Positions 26,874 to 36,645 of a stretch of DNA of 64,000 bases are shown one piece after another. Numbering within the stretch: the first letter of the stretch is position 1; every line of letters begins with the position of its first letter. Made by a program: the position numbers and the translations under genes. The stretch comes from a virus: positions 1 to 64,000 of the IMG/VR virus record IMGVR_UViG_3300030090_005798. One strand, given 5' to 3'. The notes below the pieces were generated by a model. The model did not search any database and was not told the DNA's origin. It saw only the letters and a list, made by a program, of their open reading frames with translations.

Positions 26874-27994
26874 TGCTTAAGAATATTCTCTTTTACAAAA
26901 TCAACAAGAAGCGATGTAATTTTTTCATCTGACTCTAGAAACTCATACACCGCTTTGATTCCTTGGTAAGAATCTTTTGTTTCTATTTTATTATCGCTTA
27001 GATAGGTTTTTACTTTATCATCAAGTTTGATCCAAGCTCCTGATTTCTCTAAATAACCCCACATCAAAAGCATGTCAACAACTTCCCTCTCAAGCCAAAT
27101 AGATTTTCCGTTATTGCGACCATGCTTGATTGGATAAGTTACAATTTGTCCTGTGGCTTCATTTGTTGATTTTAAAATTAAAACCTTGGCGTTGTGTCCA
27201 TAAATTTTATTTTCAGGAGTTATTTGTTCTTTTGGATTTTCTAGAATCTTGTCGCCTTTAGTTTGTTTTTTAAATTGCAGAATCCAGTCTGGATAATGAA
27301 GGATTGCATTTCCACCACTGCTATCTGTTTGGTTGTTTGGGTCTTGTTTGGCATACATGCTAGTGGTGATGCTTGACCTGACTTGAGAAATCATAATGCA
27401 CATGTGACCAAACTTACTCATGCCCAGACTCACTCTCTTCAGGAAATCAGAGGTCATCAAAGCTCCTCCTGCTACCTTTCTAGCATCAGAAGATCCTTTT
27501 TCTAAATCTTCTTTTGTTATTAGCCCATCCATGCTGTCAATTACAATGCAGAATTTCTCTTTGTCTGGATTGTTTTTTAGTAAACCTCTGAGGAAATCAA
27601 TCATAGTATCCATGATGTGACACTCAAGAACCAAGCATGTCCCCACATCCCAATCTTCTGCTGAGTGAACAAACTTAATACCTGCTCTATCTTTAATCTC
27701 TTGGCTTAATCTTCCTTCAGCCATTACGAAAAGCCCTTTAGAATTTTCTAAAGTTTTAAGCATGTTGTGCATAACATGCAGAGCCTCATTTGTTTTTCCT
27801 CCTTCGTTAGCTCCAATAAACCTGTGTAAACCAGACCCAAAACCACCCCCTAAAACGTGATCAAGAATCATAGATCCACTGGACACTAGGTATGGTTCTG
27901 CTCCTTCCTCTAAGTTGTAGTGGTAGTCTTTGTTTGATTTGAGGAACGCCTCTGTATAATCCTTCGATCCGCTTTTCTTCTTCATCTTAGTCAT
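26870..27994 (-). CDS. recA: RecA/UvsX-like recombinase
   Basis: SSGS.ILDHVLGGG, GANEGGKT, IVIDS, ISQVR, SGGNA, KSGAW. Confidence 0.85.
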   Translation of the reverse strand: MTKMKKKSGSKDYTEAFLKSNKDYHYNLEEGAEPYLVSSGSMILDHVLGGGFGSGLHRFIGANEGGKTNEALHVMHNMLKTLENSKGLFVMAEGRLSQEIKDRAGIKFVHSAEDWDVGTCLVLECHIMDTMIDFLRGLLKNNPDKEKFCIVIDSMDGLITKEDLEKGSSDARKVAGGALMTSDFLKRVSLGMSKFGHMCIMISQVRSSITTSMYAKQDPNNQTDSSGGNAILHYPDWILQFKKQTKGDKILENPKEQITPENKIYGHNAKVLILKSTNEATGQIVTYPIKHGRNNGKSIWLEREVVDMLLMWGYLEKSGAWIKLDDKVKTYLSDNKIETKDSYQGIKAVYEFLESDEKITSLLVDFVKENILKQ

Positions 27995-28430
27995 TTAAAA
28001 AATCTCTTAGTGTTCTTGTTTTCTTCTTTATAGTATCTTCTCCAACTTTTACGCCCATGTCAACAAATTTATCCTTCTCTGGGGGTTTATAGTTAAATTC
28101 CTTGTATTTTTTATTTAAATATTCTCTTCCATCTCTGGTTAAAAAATATTTAATAGTCCCTTTTAATTCAAAGGGAGGTTTAACCTTGCTTAGAAAATCG
28201 AGGTCGTTTTCAAACTGTGTAAAAATCTTTGTCACAGTAGACATTTCAAAAACGTAATTTACTGGCTTTGAGCCGCCCAGCATACGTTTCAAAAAATCTT
28301 TCCTTTCTTTAAAAAAGGGTTTTGCTTGTTTTTTTGCTTTTGGCAAAAACTCATGACCACAATCACAAACTTTGATCCGCGCTCCTAGTAGACTATTACA
28401 GGATGGACATAACTTTTTACCTCTTGGCAT
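27987..28430 (-). CDS. Zinc-ribbon protein
   Basis: CPSC..VCDCGHEF; TTGACT-16-TATACT ending 6 nt before the ATG. Confidence 0.65.
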   Translation of the reverse strand: MPRGKKLCPSCNSLLGARIKVCDCGHEFLPKAKKQAKPFFKERKDFLKRMLGGSKPVNYVFEMSTVTKIFTQFENDLDFLSKVKPPFELKGTIKYFLTRDGREYLNKKYKEFNYKPPEKDKFVDMGVKVGEDTIKKKTRTLRDFLND

Positions 28431-28455
28431 ACAGTCAGTATAACTGCATGTGGAA

Positions 28456-29517
28456 TTAAGTCAATAGCTCCATGTCATGTTTAACCATTTTATTCACTAG
28501 CTGAATAAAACTTGTTTTTGGTTCCCAGCCAAGCTCTTTTCTTGCTCTAGCTGAGTCGCCCCAAAGTAAGTCAACTTCTGCTGGACGGTAAAACTTAGGA
28601 TCAACTTCCATCAATAAATCATCTGCGTGGTAGTATTTTAATTCTTTTCCATATCCTTCCCATCTGCAAATGCTTCTATGAAAACCAGCGAAGTTAAAAG
28701 CTTCTTCAACAAACTCTTTTATAGTGTGTGTTTCATCTGAAGACAAAACATAATCATCAGGTTTTTTCCTTCTGATATAGGTTAGGTTCTCTTCTTGATT
28801 GAGCATTTTCCAAACACCATCTACAAAATCTTCTGCGTCACTCCAATCTCTTTTAGAATCTACATTGCCTAATCTTAAAGGTTCAAAGTTTTCTTTTCGG
28901 GCAAACTCATCAGCAATACGAGCTACGTTTTGGGTAATCTTCCTAGTAACAAATTCTACACCTCTTCTAGTTCCTTCGTGATTAAATAACCATCCTTGGA
29001 CAGCATATAAGTTGTAAGAATCTCTGTATACCTTGACTAAGTGTCTTGCGGCACATTTAGAAGCTCCGTATGGGCTTCTAGGACGCAGCGGATGTTCTTC
29101 TGATTGAGGTTCTGTAATAACGTCCCCAAACTCCTCAGAGCTACCTGCATTGTAATATCTGCAATCTGGAACGTGTTTTCTTATAGCTTCTAGCTGATGA
29201 AGAACCGCCATACAATTAGTTTGCATGTGGTTAACTGGCATTTGCCAACTTGTGCCTACAAATGAATTAGCGGCAAAATTTATAAAGTAATCAGGCTTGT
29301 GCTCAAAGATGACTCTATCAATGTTTTCTGCATCAGTAACATCTAAATCAATTAAAAAGAATCTTGGGTTATCTAAGAGGTGTTCTATATTTTCATGATT
29401 TTTAACACTAAGTCTCCTTACACCGCCTATGATTGTATGCTCAGTGTTATTGATTAAGTAGTCCACCATGTGACTACCATCTTGACCTGTTACTCCAGTA
29501 ATAATAATTTTTTTCAT
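28456..29517 (-). CDS. gmd: GDP-mannose 4,6-dehydratase
   Basis: ITGVTGQDGS, PRSPYGASK, FNHE, FVTRKI, RDWS, RPAEV. Confidence 0.95.
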   Translation of the reverse strand: MKKIIITGVTGQDGSHMVDYLINNTEHTIIGGVRRLSVKNHENIEHLLDNPRFFLIDLDVTDAENIDRVIFEHKPDYFINFAANSFVGTSWQMPVNHMQTNCMAVLHQLEAIRKHVPDCRYYNAGSSEEFGDVITEPQSEEHPLRPRSPYGASKCAARHLVKVYRDSYNLYAVQGWLFNHEGTRRGVEFVTRKITQNVARIADEFARKENFEPLRLGNVDSKRDWSDAEDFVDGVWKMLNQEENLTYIRRKKPDDYVLSSDETHTIKEFVEEAFNFAGFHRSICRWEGYGKELKYYHADDLLMEVDPKFYRPAEVDLLWGDSARARKELGWEPKTSFIQLVNKMVKHDMELLT

Positions 29518-30380
29518 TTTGACGTATTATACATGTCACTCAAACATTCTTCAAGTTTATGTAAACCTATGTTTTTTATTTCTTTACTAAAAATAGTTAC
29601 TTGATTTTCATTCTTAGGAACCCAGTTTAAATGTGTCGCGGCATCTGGGTAAAAAGATAAATCATAGAGACCAATTGTTGGGTGTGAAAACGCAGAAGAT
29701 GCCCAAATCATTCCCGTATCACAAGACACTAAAATTTTGCTCTGCAAAACTTTAATTACTGATTCACTATAATTGCCTTCAAAATGCTCAACACCCTCTA
29801 TTGAATCCTCTTCTCCTCCTTTTATTTGTATAAGTTTTAAATTATTTTCTTCACAAAAACCTTTAACAATTTCAATTTGCTCTAAAGTTACAGCTTTTGT
29901 ATTATATTCTCCTTCTTTATTTTTCCTTCTGCCTGTGCATATTGTTATAGTTTCTTCTTGTTCTACTTCTGGTTTCGGTAGTTTGAAGTTTTCTTGTTCT
30001 TTTGTTGGTCTTGGAAGAGAGTGCATAACACAGGATTCCGCTGTTTGGTGCCAATAATTATACCAATCTGCTACGGTGTGTTTCTCCATTGGTTGAAAAA
30101 ATTGAAAAGAATTTTCTCCCGCTTTTTTTTCTAACTCTAATAATTTTCCAAGATTAGCAGAGTCTACTGTTAAGGGCCAATCTTCATAGCCTTCCCATAT
30201 TATAAATTTATCTATATATGGACTTAATCTTAAAATAGGTATAACGTCAGTATATTTTTTATTTACTGAATAAATCATAGTAGAACTAGGCCAAATCGAC
30301 TTAATTACACTACAAGCCGTCAACCCTATGAATAAATCTCCATATTGACCTTGATTAAATCCTACTACAAAAGGTTTCAT
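29514..30380 (-). CDS. GT9-like glycosyltransferase
   Basis: QYGDL, SPYIDK, VSCDTGMIWASSAFSHPTIGLY. Confidence 0.7.
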   Translation of the reverse strand: MKPFVVGFNQGQYGDLFIGLTACSVIKSIWPSSTMIYSVNKKYTDVIPILRLSPYIDKFIIWEGYEDWPLTVDSANLGKLLELEKKAGENSFQFFQPMEKHTVADWYNYWHQTAESCVMHSLPRPTKEQENFKLPKPEVEQEETITICTGRRKNKEGEYNTKAVTLEQIEIVKGFCEENNLKLIQIKGGEEDSIEGVEHFEGNYSESVIKVLQSKILVSCDTGMIWASSAFSHPTIGLYDLSFYPDAATHLNWVPKNENQVTIFSKEIKNIGLHKLEECLSDMYNTSK

Positions 30381-31243
30381 TTTGACTTATATATGTTAAC
30401 AATATTTTTTGCTATAGAAAACTTAGAAAACTTATGCTGAACCCAAGGAGTCCACTCATCAACAATAACACTTTGGTAATGGGTGAAGTGATTAATGAGA
30501 GAGTTGTAGGTAGATGTTACTGATTCTACTGTTGGCTCTGCTACGCAAAAATCTGGACAAAGAGAAGAATTTGGATTGTCACTACAAACAAGAGGTATTG
30601 CTCCTGCTGCCATAGCTTCTAAAGCAGGTAAACCAAGACCTTCAAACTTAGAAGGTAAAGCTACTACTTTGCTAGAATTATATAATTGATTTAGTGTTAA
30701 ATCATTTACTAAACCTAAATAATTGCCATTAGCGGCTTGGCCAGATGGTCCCACTACATATTTTTCTATATTGTCCAATAAGTTAAATCTTTTATTAGGA
30801 TCATTCCATCGACCGACATATAAACAGTTTATTTGTTTTTTTACTTGGGGATCATAGAAAATATCTTTTATTGGGTTCCATATAATGTGTGCATCAACTC
30901 CAATGTCTTTTAATTGTTGTTGCACTGGTTTACTTATACATGTGACTACATTTGCGTGAGATAATTGATCCTTTAGTTTATCAATAGGAAAATCATCTAT
31001 GTGAGGCGGGATATCTAAGACATTAAAAATTTTAAAGCCTTTTTTTGGCAATTGGGTATTGCCCTCCCACAAAGCAGAATCGTTGTGTTCAGAATCAATT
31101 GAATCATACTCGAAATTGTTTGCAAAAATAATATCGTAATCATCTCCTGTCACAACCTCATGACCAATGCCTTTTAGCCCGTCTTTAATACGAGGAATTT
31201 GGCACCAGTATTCTTTGGCTCCATATACTTTTATTCTGAGCAT
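30377..31243 (-). CDS. GT4 glycosyltransferase
   Basis: LYVGR, PSKFEGLGLPALEAMAAG. Confidence 0.85.
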   Translation of the reverse strand: MLRIKVYGAKEYWCQIPRIKDGLKGIGHEVVTGDDYDIIFANNFEYDSIDSEHNDSALWEGNTQLPKKGFKIFNVLDIPPHIDDFPIDKLKDQLSHANVVTCISKPVQQQLKDIGVDAHIIWNPIKDIFYDPQVKKQINCLYVGRWNDPNKRFNLLDNIEKYVVGPSGQAANGNYLGLVNDLTLNQLYNSSKVVALPSKFEGLGLPALEAMAAGAIPLVCSDNPNSSLCPDFCVAEPTVESVTSTYNSLINHFTHYQSVIVDEWTPWVQHKFSKFSIAKNIVNIYKSK

Positions 31244-31992
31244 AATACTTTAGGTAATGGTATATTGTTTTTCTTATGAAACTCTTCGTCAAATTCTAAA
31301 TGATGGTGTTCATGGTTCCATTTATATCCACAATGACCAAAATGTCTATGTTGATATTCTACTTTTCTTTTGCCTATTCTATCATTTAACCAAGTATAAT
31401 GAGGTATATAGGCTACATCTTCGGGAATAATTTCTAATTCTTCGATATTATCGAATCTCATCAATTTGCCTTCGTGACCATAACAAATATCGTTATCCCA
31501 ATAAAATGCCTCCAAAAAATATTGATTATCGATATTAGTTTTAAAGATTCTTGGTGGTTGAAAAGGTTCCTCTAAATAATGTTTTAAATCAAAAACGTGA
31601 TTCTTGAGAGATATTTTAAATAAATTTTTATTACTAGATTCAACATATTTTTCTATGTTATTGATATCTTCGTCTGTATAAAACTCGTCTGAATCAACAA
31701 GCCAAATATAGTCTAAATCATATTTTTTTAAATAAAACAAAGAAAAATTTCTAGCCTCTGCCTCTGTTATATATTGTGGGCTATCAACAAGATGTTTTAA
31801 CTTTTTTTGTTCAACAAGCTCTCTTAACAAATCTGTGGTATGATCATGGAATTGGTCAATACCCTTATACTCTTTAAAAGGCACGGACACAGCAGAAACG
31901 ATGTAATTTTTTCTGTTTAAGAAGGGTTCTATGGATTTTAATACATAGTCTTCTGTATTATATCCACAATAAATTATTCCATATTTTTTCAT
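31231..31992 (-). CDS. GT2-like (GT-A) glycosyltransferase
   Basis: YCGYN.E, ARN, WLVDSDEFY, PRIF. Confidence 0.75.
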   Translation of the reverse strand: MKKYGIIYCGYNTEDYVLKSIEPFLNRKNYIVSAVSVPFKEYKGIDQFHDHTTDLLRELVEQKKLKHLVDSPQYITEAEARNFSLFYLKKYDLDYIWLVDSDEFYTDEDINNIEKYVESSNKNLFKISLKNHVFDLKHYLEEPFQPPRIFKTNIDNQYFLEAFYWDNDICYGHEGKLMRFDNIEELEIIPEDVAYIPHYTWLNDRIGKRKVEYQHRHFGHCGYKWNHEHHHLEFDEEFHKKNNIPLPKVLCSE

Positions 31993-32768
31993 AACTTAGG
32001 CCAAATTGGTTGAGGCATATTATGCCTTTTTTTGCGCGAATCTCCATTTTTAATTTCTTCCATCTCGTAAGAAGAATCGTATTTACCGCTTTGCCTATGA
32101 TTCCATATCTTACCCCAAAATTTATTTACTTCGTTTCTTTTCTTCAAATCCAAGTATCCTAAATGAATAATTTTTGGATTTTCTTTATAAAAATCAACCT
32201 TGCCAACACATGGTAACAAATTACCTTTTTCGTCTATTAATTCACAAGTATCACTTTTTTCTGGATCAAGACTTCCATCTTCTTTTCTGGCCCAATTGAC
32301 AGATCCTCTATAAGATCCTTGTCTCGTATGCAGATACCATTTATGTCCAATACTTATATAATGATCTAAATCCTCATATAGATCAATTGTTGGTAACATA
32401 ACGCTGCAAGGAAAATCATTGTCTAAAATAGCCTTACAACAAATTTCTAAATGTTCTTTTTTTCCTGATATTCTTTCGTCTAAGTCGCACTGGAGAACTA
32501 TATCTTTTCTGCAATTTTGAAGTGCAGCATTTTTTAATTTACCCTCCCAATAAACATCTGCTTCTACCTCTACATGTCTAGAAACTACTCCTATTTTTTT
32601 AGGATCGTAGAATTTGCTTTTTATAATTCTATTCCTAACTTTTTCGTGTTCCCACCTAAAGGTGGCTATAATTATTTCATCAACATAGTATAACCAATTA
32701 GAGAAGACCTCATCAAAATCTACGTCTATTTTATCTATATTGAAGACAGTTGTATATAAAGAAATCAT
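31989..32768 (-). CDS. GT2-like (GT-A) glycosyltransferase
   Basis: KNAALQNC, QCDLDERI, IIHLGY. Confidence 0.75.
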   Translation of the reverse strand: MISLYTTVFNIDKIDVDFDEVFSNWLYYVDEIIIATFRWEHEKVRNRIIKSKFYDPKKIGVVSRHVEVEADVYWEGKLKNAALQNCRKDIVLQCDLDERISGKKEHLEICCKAILDNDFPCSVMLPTIDLYEDLDHYISIGHKWYLHTRQGSYRGSVNWARKEDGSLDPEKSDTCELIDEKGNLLPCVGKVDFYKENPKIIHLGYLDLKKRNEVNKFWGKIWNHRQSGKYDSSYEMEEIKNGDSRKKRHNMPQPIWPKL

Positions 32769-33604
32769 TTAAATATAGGCTTGAATAGTGAAAAATCATG
32801 TTTGTCTACAATTCCTTCTTTTTCTTCTAAGATGTTAAATCTATACCAATCATTTAGAAATTTATCAAAGTCTATGTATTCTTTTATCCGATCAGTAAGA
32901 TATGTGCGAAAGCATTCTTTTACAGAATCAATGTTAAAAGGATCAAAGCCTTCAGTGTAAATTTCTTGAATTAATTTTGATCTATTTTCATACCTTTTTT
33001 GAACCAGTTCAGGATCATCTTCAAATCCTAACAAAAGATGGTTTGTGTTTGGCAGGAAGTAATATTTGAAATTATGCTCAATGAAATGATAGGGGTCTTG
33101 CCTCATTTCAGATCTCACATTTTTTTGATATTCTTTATTCCAAAAATTTTGCTTAGATAATTCAATTGTTCTGGATGAACCTGCTATTCCTTCATGTGGG
33201 TTATTTACAAAACGAGTTTGTTCTTTTAGTTTAAACAAAAATCTTTTATTGTATAAATATACCCCATCAACTTCAGATTTATCTAAATGCTTGCAGAAAT
33301 CGGATAACTTATTTGTAAAAACAGGAGATAATCTTTCCAAAGTATCTATAACTAAAAACCAGTCTCCTACTTTCATTGGGCCTTGAAATAGACAATGGTT
33401 TCTGCTGAAATCAAATCTGTTACACCATTTTGTTTTAATGATTTCTCCTTTTGCTTTTACTGAATCTAAATAATCATATCCAGAATCCAGAGGATAGTGA
33501 AACACCCAGACAAGTCCATTAAAATCATTTTTTATTGGTTCAATCAACTCTTTTAGATCTTTCTCATGACCTTTTGAAGTCATGCCTGTAAGCCAAATTC
33601 TCAT
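32765..33604 (-). CDS. GT-A-like glycosyltransferase (degenerate DxD)
   Basis: FDFSRN, WFLVIDTLERL, PHE. Confidence 0.6.
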   Translation of the reverse strand: MRIWLTGMTSKGHEKDLKELIEPIKNDFNGLVWVFHYPLDSGYDYLDSVKAKGEIIKTKWCNRFDFSRNHCLFQGPMKVGDWFLVIDTLERLSPVFTNKLSDFCKHLDKSEVDGVYLYNKRFLFKLKEQTRFVNNPHEGIAGSSRTIELSKQNFWNKEYQKNVRSEMRQDPYHFIEHNFKYYFLPNTNHLLLGFEDDPELVQKRYENRSKLIQEIYTEGFDPFNIDSVKECFRTYLTDRIKEYIDFDKFLNDWYRFNILEEKEGIVDKHDFSLFKPIFK

Positions 33605-34338
33605 CCTATTGTTTTTGAATAAACTTTTTTACTGTCGAAAAAGGAAAAGGGTGTTTGTGAGTTCGTTAGTTTTTTTAAGAAGTGACCTGAAACTATTTCA
33701 CAATGAACTTTACCAAGCTTATCTAAGTGGTTTTGAGCTTCTTTCCAAGCTATAAATATTTCATTTGTTCTACTTATATTGGGTTGGAATGTAAAAGTGG
33801 GACCATATTCAGTGTAGTTTATAGCTTGAGTAAATATATCCTCATTTTCTAATAAAATATTACCCTCTGGCTCTTTAAATTTTACACCTCTATTAAAACG
33901 GACACAAATCTGATCTGGGTTATTATCTAGGAATTCTATTGATTTTTTAAATGCGTCCTCTAATTTAATTTTATTTACTTGAATAAGTTCATCATCTTCT
34001 ACCCAAAAAGAATATTTTTGTTTTCTTATTTCTAGGTCAGAATAGCTTTTATATATGTCTTTGAAATATCCAGCAGAGTGAACTTGATGATTTTCTGCAT
34101 GATACACTATATTTTCTTTTGTTTCTATAACTCTAATATTAAGAGAAGAGCATAGTGACTTTATTTCTTCGGCAATGTCTTCCTCTCCATCTCTTGATTT
34201 CAGATGTAGTAATCTATTCGCAAATACAGACGGGTCTATTTTTTCATAAAGATTATTAATACAATCTTTATAAGTGTGTCTACCAGCATGACCCATAGTG
34301 GTGCAAAAAACAATTAAATTAAGAGGAAGTGGCTTCAT
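33601..34338 (-). CDS. GT-A-like glycosyltransferase
   Basis: YSFWVEDD, FTFQPNI; operon context. Confidence 0.55.
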   Translation of the reverse strand: MKPLPLNLIVFCTTMGHAGRHTYKDCINNLYEKIDPSVFANRLLHLKSRDGEEDIAEEIKSLCSSLNIRVIETKENIVYHAENHQVHSAGYFKDIYKSYSDLEIRKQKYSFWVEDDELIQVNKIKLEDAFKKSIEFLDNNPDQICVRFNRGVKFKEPEGNILLENEDIFTQAINYTEYGPTFTFQPNISRTNEIFIAWKEAQNHLDKLGKVHCEIVSGHFLKKLTNSQTPFSFFDSKKVYSKTIG

Positions 34339-34738
34339 TTATTTTTTTTCTAAGATTTGATGAAGAAAAAGAGTGATCTCTAGTGTTGTAAATTACAGTA
34401 TATTTTTTGCCGCTTAAATTTTTACCTGTAAATTCTTTGCCTTTCCAATCAGACCCTATAAATCTATAATCAATTGGAATTGATGTTAGTATTTCCAAAA
34501 GATCTTCTTCTGTTTCATAAGGTATAACTTTATCTACAAATTTTGTAGCGTTTAATTGTATAAATCTCTCCACTAAAGATTGTATTGGAGAATTTTTATA
34601 TTTCCTATCTACTTGGGGATTAACCTGTAATCCTACTACTAGCTCATCGCATTGAGACGCACACTCCTCAAGCATGATCACATGACCAGCGTGGAGTAAA
34701 TCAAATGCACCGCAAGTAAATCCTATTTTTTTAGACAT
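34319..34738 (-). CDS. tagD: Glycerol-3-phosphate cytidylyltransferase family
   Basis: GAFDLLHAGH, P.QS..ER, YETEEDL, R.HSFSSS.LR. Confidence 0.8.
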   Translation of the reverse strand: MSKKIGFTCGAFDLLHAGHVIMLEECASQCDELVVGLQVNPQVDRKYKNSPIQSLVERFIQLNATKFVDKVIPYETEEDLLEILTSIPIDYRFIGSDWKGKEFTGKNLSGKKYTVIYNTRDHSFSSSNLRKKINEATSS

Positions 34739-34841
34739 AAAAACCTCTGGGCCTTAGTATCAGACCCAGAGGTCTACTATGACCTCAAGGAAATAAATCC
34801 TCGACCTGTCCTATTGTAGAATTAGTTGTCGTATTTGTCAA
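34739..34841 (-). promoter_or_regulatory. Sigma70-like promoter followed by a structured leader ending in a terminator-like hairpin
   Basis: TTGACA(34841-34836)-17-TACAAT; 12-bp hairpin ACCUCUGGGUCU/AGGCCCAGAGGU plus U-tract directly before the tagD ATG. Confidence 0.7.
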
Positions 34842-34961
34842 CTAATCCTCAATAATCTCTTCACTGATGCGCCCAAGTATATAGGCAAGTGTATCATCGG
34901 TGTCAAAATCGGGGGGTGGATTCTCGATCTCCTCTTCAGTTGTGGTGCTTAGGTCAGTCAT
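34842..34961 (-). CDS. Small acidic ORF (39 aa, not in ORF track)
   Basis: MTDLSTTTEEEIENPPPDFDTDDTLAYILGRISEEIIED*; GTGTAG about 11 nt upstream. Confidence 0.5.
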   Translation of the reverse strand: MTDLSTTTEEEIENPPPDFDTDDTLAYILGRISEEIIED

Positions 34962-34998
34962 AGTATGACTTTCTACACCAAATTTTTTCAAAAGGGAA

Positions 34999-36645
34999 TT
35001 AACCCTCACAAGAAGAACAACTTAATATAGACCTAGCTAATTCTTGACTAGGATTAGCGCTTCTTTGATAGTAAAAACTCTTAACTCCTTGTTCCCAGCC
35101 GAAAATAAGAAGTTCACTTACTTGTTTAGGTGGGCATTTTGGAGAAATCATCACATTTAAGCTCTGCCCCTGATCAATGTATTTTTGTCTTTGTGCAGCC
35201 TGTATCACTATCTCCTTTTGGGAAATCTCTCCAAAAGTTTTAAATACGTCTTTTTCATGATCTGAAAGAAAGTCTAAGTGTTGAACTGAGCCTCCTTTTA
35301 CTAAAATTGACTTCCAAGTGGTCGTATTATTTTTACCTTTCTCTTCAAGAAGTTCTTCTAAGTGAGGGTTTTTGTATGTAAATTTACCCTTGGCTAAGTC
35401 TTTGGTAAAATAATTACTATTTAATGGCTCAATAGATGGAGAAACTTGGCCAAGAATAAATGAGCTAGATGTGGTGGGTGCGATAGCCATTGTGGTCATA
35501 TTGCGTCTACCATAACCACGAAGATGTTCTGGTTCTCCAAACTCCTCTGCTAGTTTTGAGGTAGCTCTGTCGCAACGCTCTCTTATAATGTTGTGGATTT
35601 CTGCATTTAAAAATTGTGCTTCCAAACCCTCAAATGCAATACTCTTAGATTGCAGTAATGAATGCCAGCCTAAAACACCGAGACCTAATGCTCTTTGTCT
35701 TTTGGCAAAGTTATGACAAGACTTCATGAAGGGAATATTTTCTGTTTTGTAGATATATTCCTCCATAACTGCATCAAGAAACCAAACAAGTGTTTCTACA
35801 GCATCGGTCTCTTTAATCTCGTCCCATCTAAGCAAGTTTAGAGAAGACAAACAACACACAAAGGATTCATCTTCTGATGAGTGGAGTGCGATCTCACTGC
35901 AAAGATTAGAAGCGTGAATCTTAAGCTTTTTATCTTTATATGCTTGAGGTGCATTGTTGTTAGCGTTGTCCGTAAAGAAAATGTAGGGATAACCTGTTTC
36001 AAATCTTTTCTTTATGACATTGGCCCAAACTTTTCTTTTGTCTTTATCTCCCTCAACCATTGACTGCATCCACTTGTCGTCAATGCAAACAGCAAAGGAC
36101 ATTTCTTGAATGGGGTTCCCTTCACTTCTTATTCTTAAGAATTCATCTATGTCAGGATGGTCAATTGGAAGGTAAGCTGCAAAAGATCCTCTTCTTACAT
36201 GACCTTGAGATACAATCGCGGCAACTTTATCATACAATTCCATAAAGTATACTGCTCCAGCAGAAACTCCACCAACACTAATAGGCACACCTCTTCCCCT
36301 TAAATCACCAAAGTAGCCAGATGTTCCTGAGCCGTGCTTGGTTTGCATTCCAACTTCTGCTTGTTTGCGAAGAATGGAATCCATTTTATCATCAATGTAT
36401 ACGCCATTACAAGATATAGGAAGACCTCTGTCTTTGCCAAAATTGGACCACACTGGACTCGCGAGAGAGTAGAACCCCCTCTTCATATAATCTTCAAACT
36501 TGTCTGCGAATCCGCTTTGTCTGAGATATTTCTCAGCAGCCTCCGCAATAGCCCTTATTCTTTTTTTAGGACTCTCTCCTTTTTGTAAGTAGCCCCTTTC
36601 AAGGAACTGTTTTGAATCTTCGTTTAACCAATAATAATCTTTCAT
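34999..36645 (-). CDS. nrdA: Ribonucleotide reductase class Ia alpha subunit (short, no ATP cone)
   Basis: PISC, SNLCSEI, VCCLSS, APTTSSS, DQGQS, YYQR, C-terminal CSSCEG. Confidence 0.95.
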   Translation of the reverse strand: MKDYYWLNEDSKQFLERGYLQKGESPKKRIRAIAEAAEKYLRQSGFADKFEDYMKRGFYSLASPVWSNFGKDRGLPISCNGVYIDDKMDSILRKQAEVGMQTKHGSGTSGYFGDLRGRGVPISVGGVSAGAVYFMELYDKVAAIVSQGHVRRGSFAAYLPIDHPDIDEFLRIRSEGNPIQEMSFAVCIDDKWMQSMVEGDKDKRKVWANVIKKRFETGYPYIFFTDNANNNAPQAYKDKKLKIHASNLCSEIALHSSEDESFVCCLSSLNLLRWDEIKETDAVETLVWFLDAVMEEYIYKTENIPFMKSCHNFAKRQRALGLGVLGWHSLLQSKSIAFEGLEAQFLNAEIHNIIRERCDRATSKLAEEFGEPEHLRGYGRRNMTTMAIAPTTSSSFILGQVSPSIEPLNSNYFTKDLAKGKFTYKNPHLEELLEEKGKNNTTTWKSILVKGGSVQHLDFLSDHEKDVFKTFGEISQKEIVIQAAQRQKYIDQGQSLNVMISPKCPPKQVSELLIFGWEQGVKSFYYQRSANPSQELARSILSCSSCEG

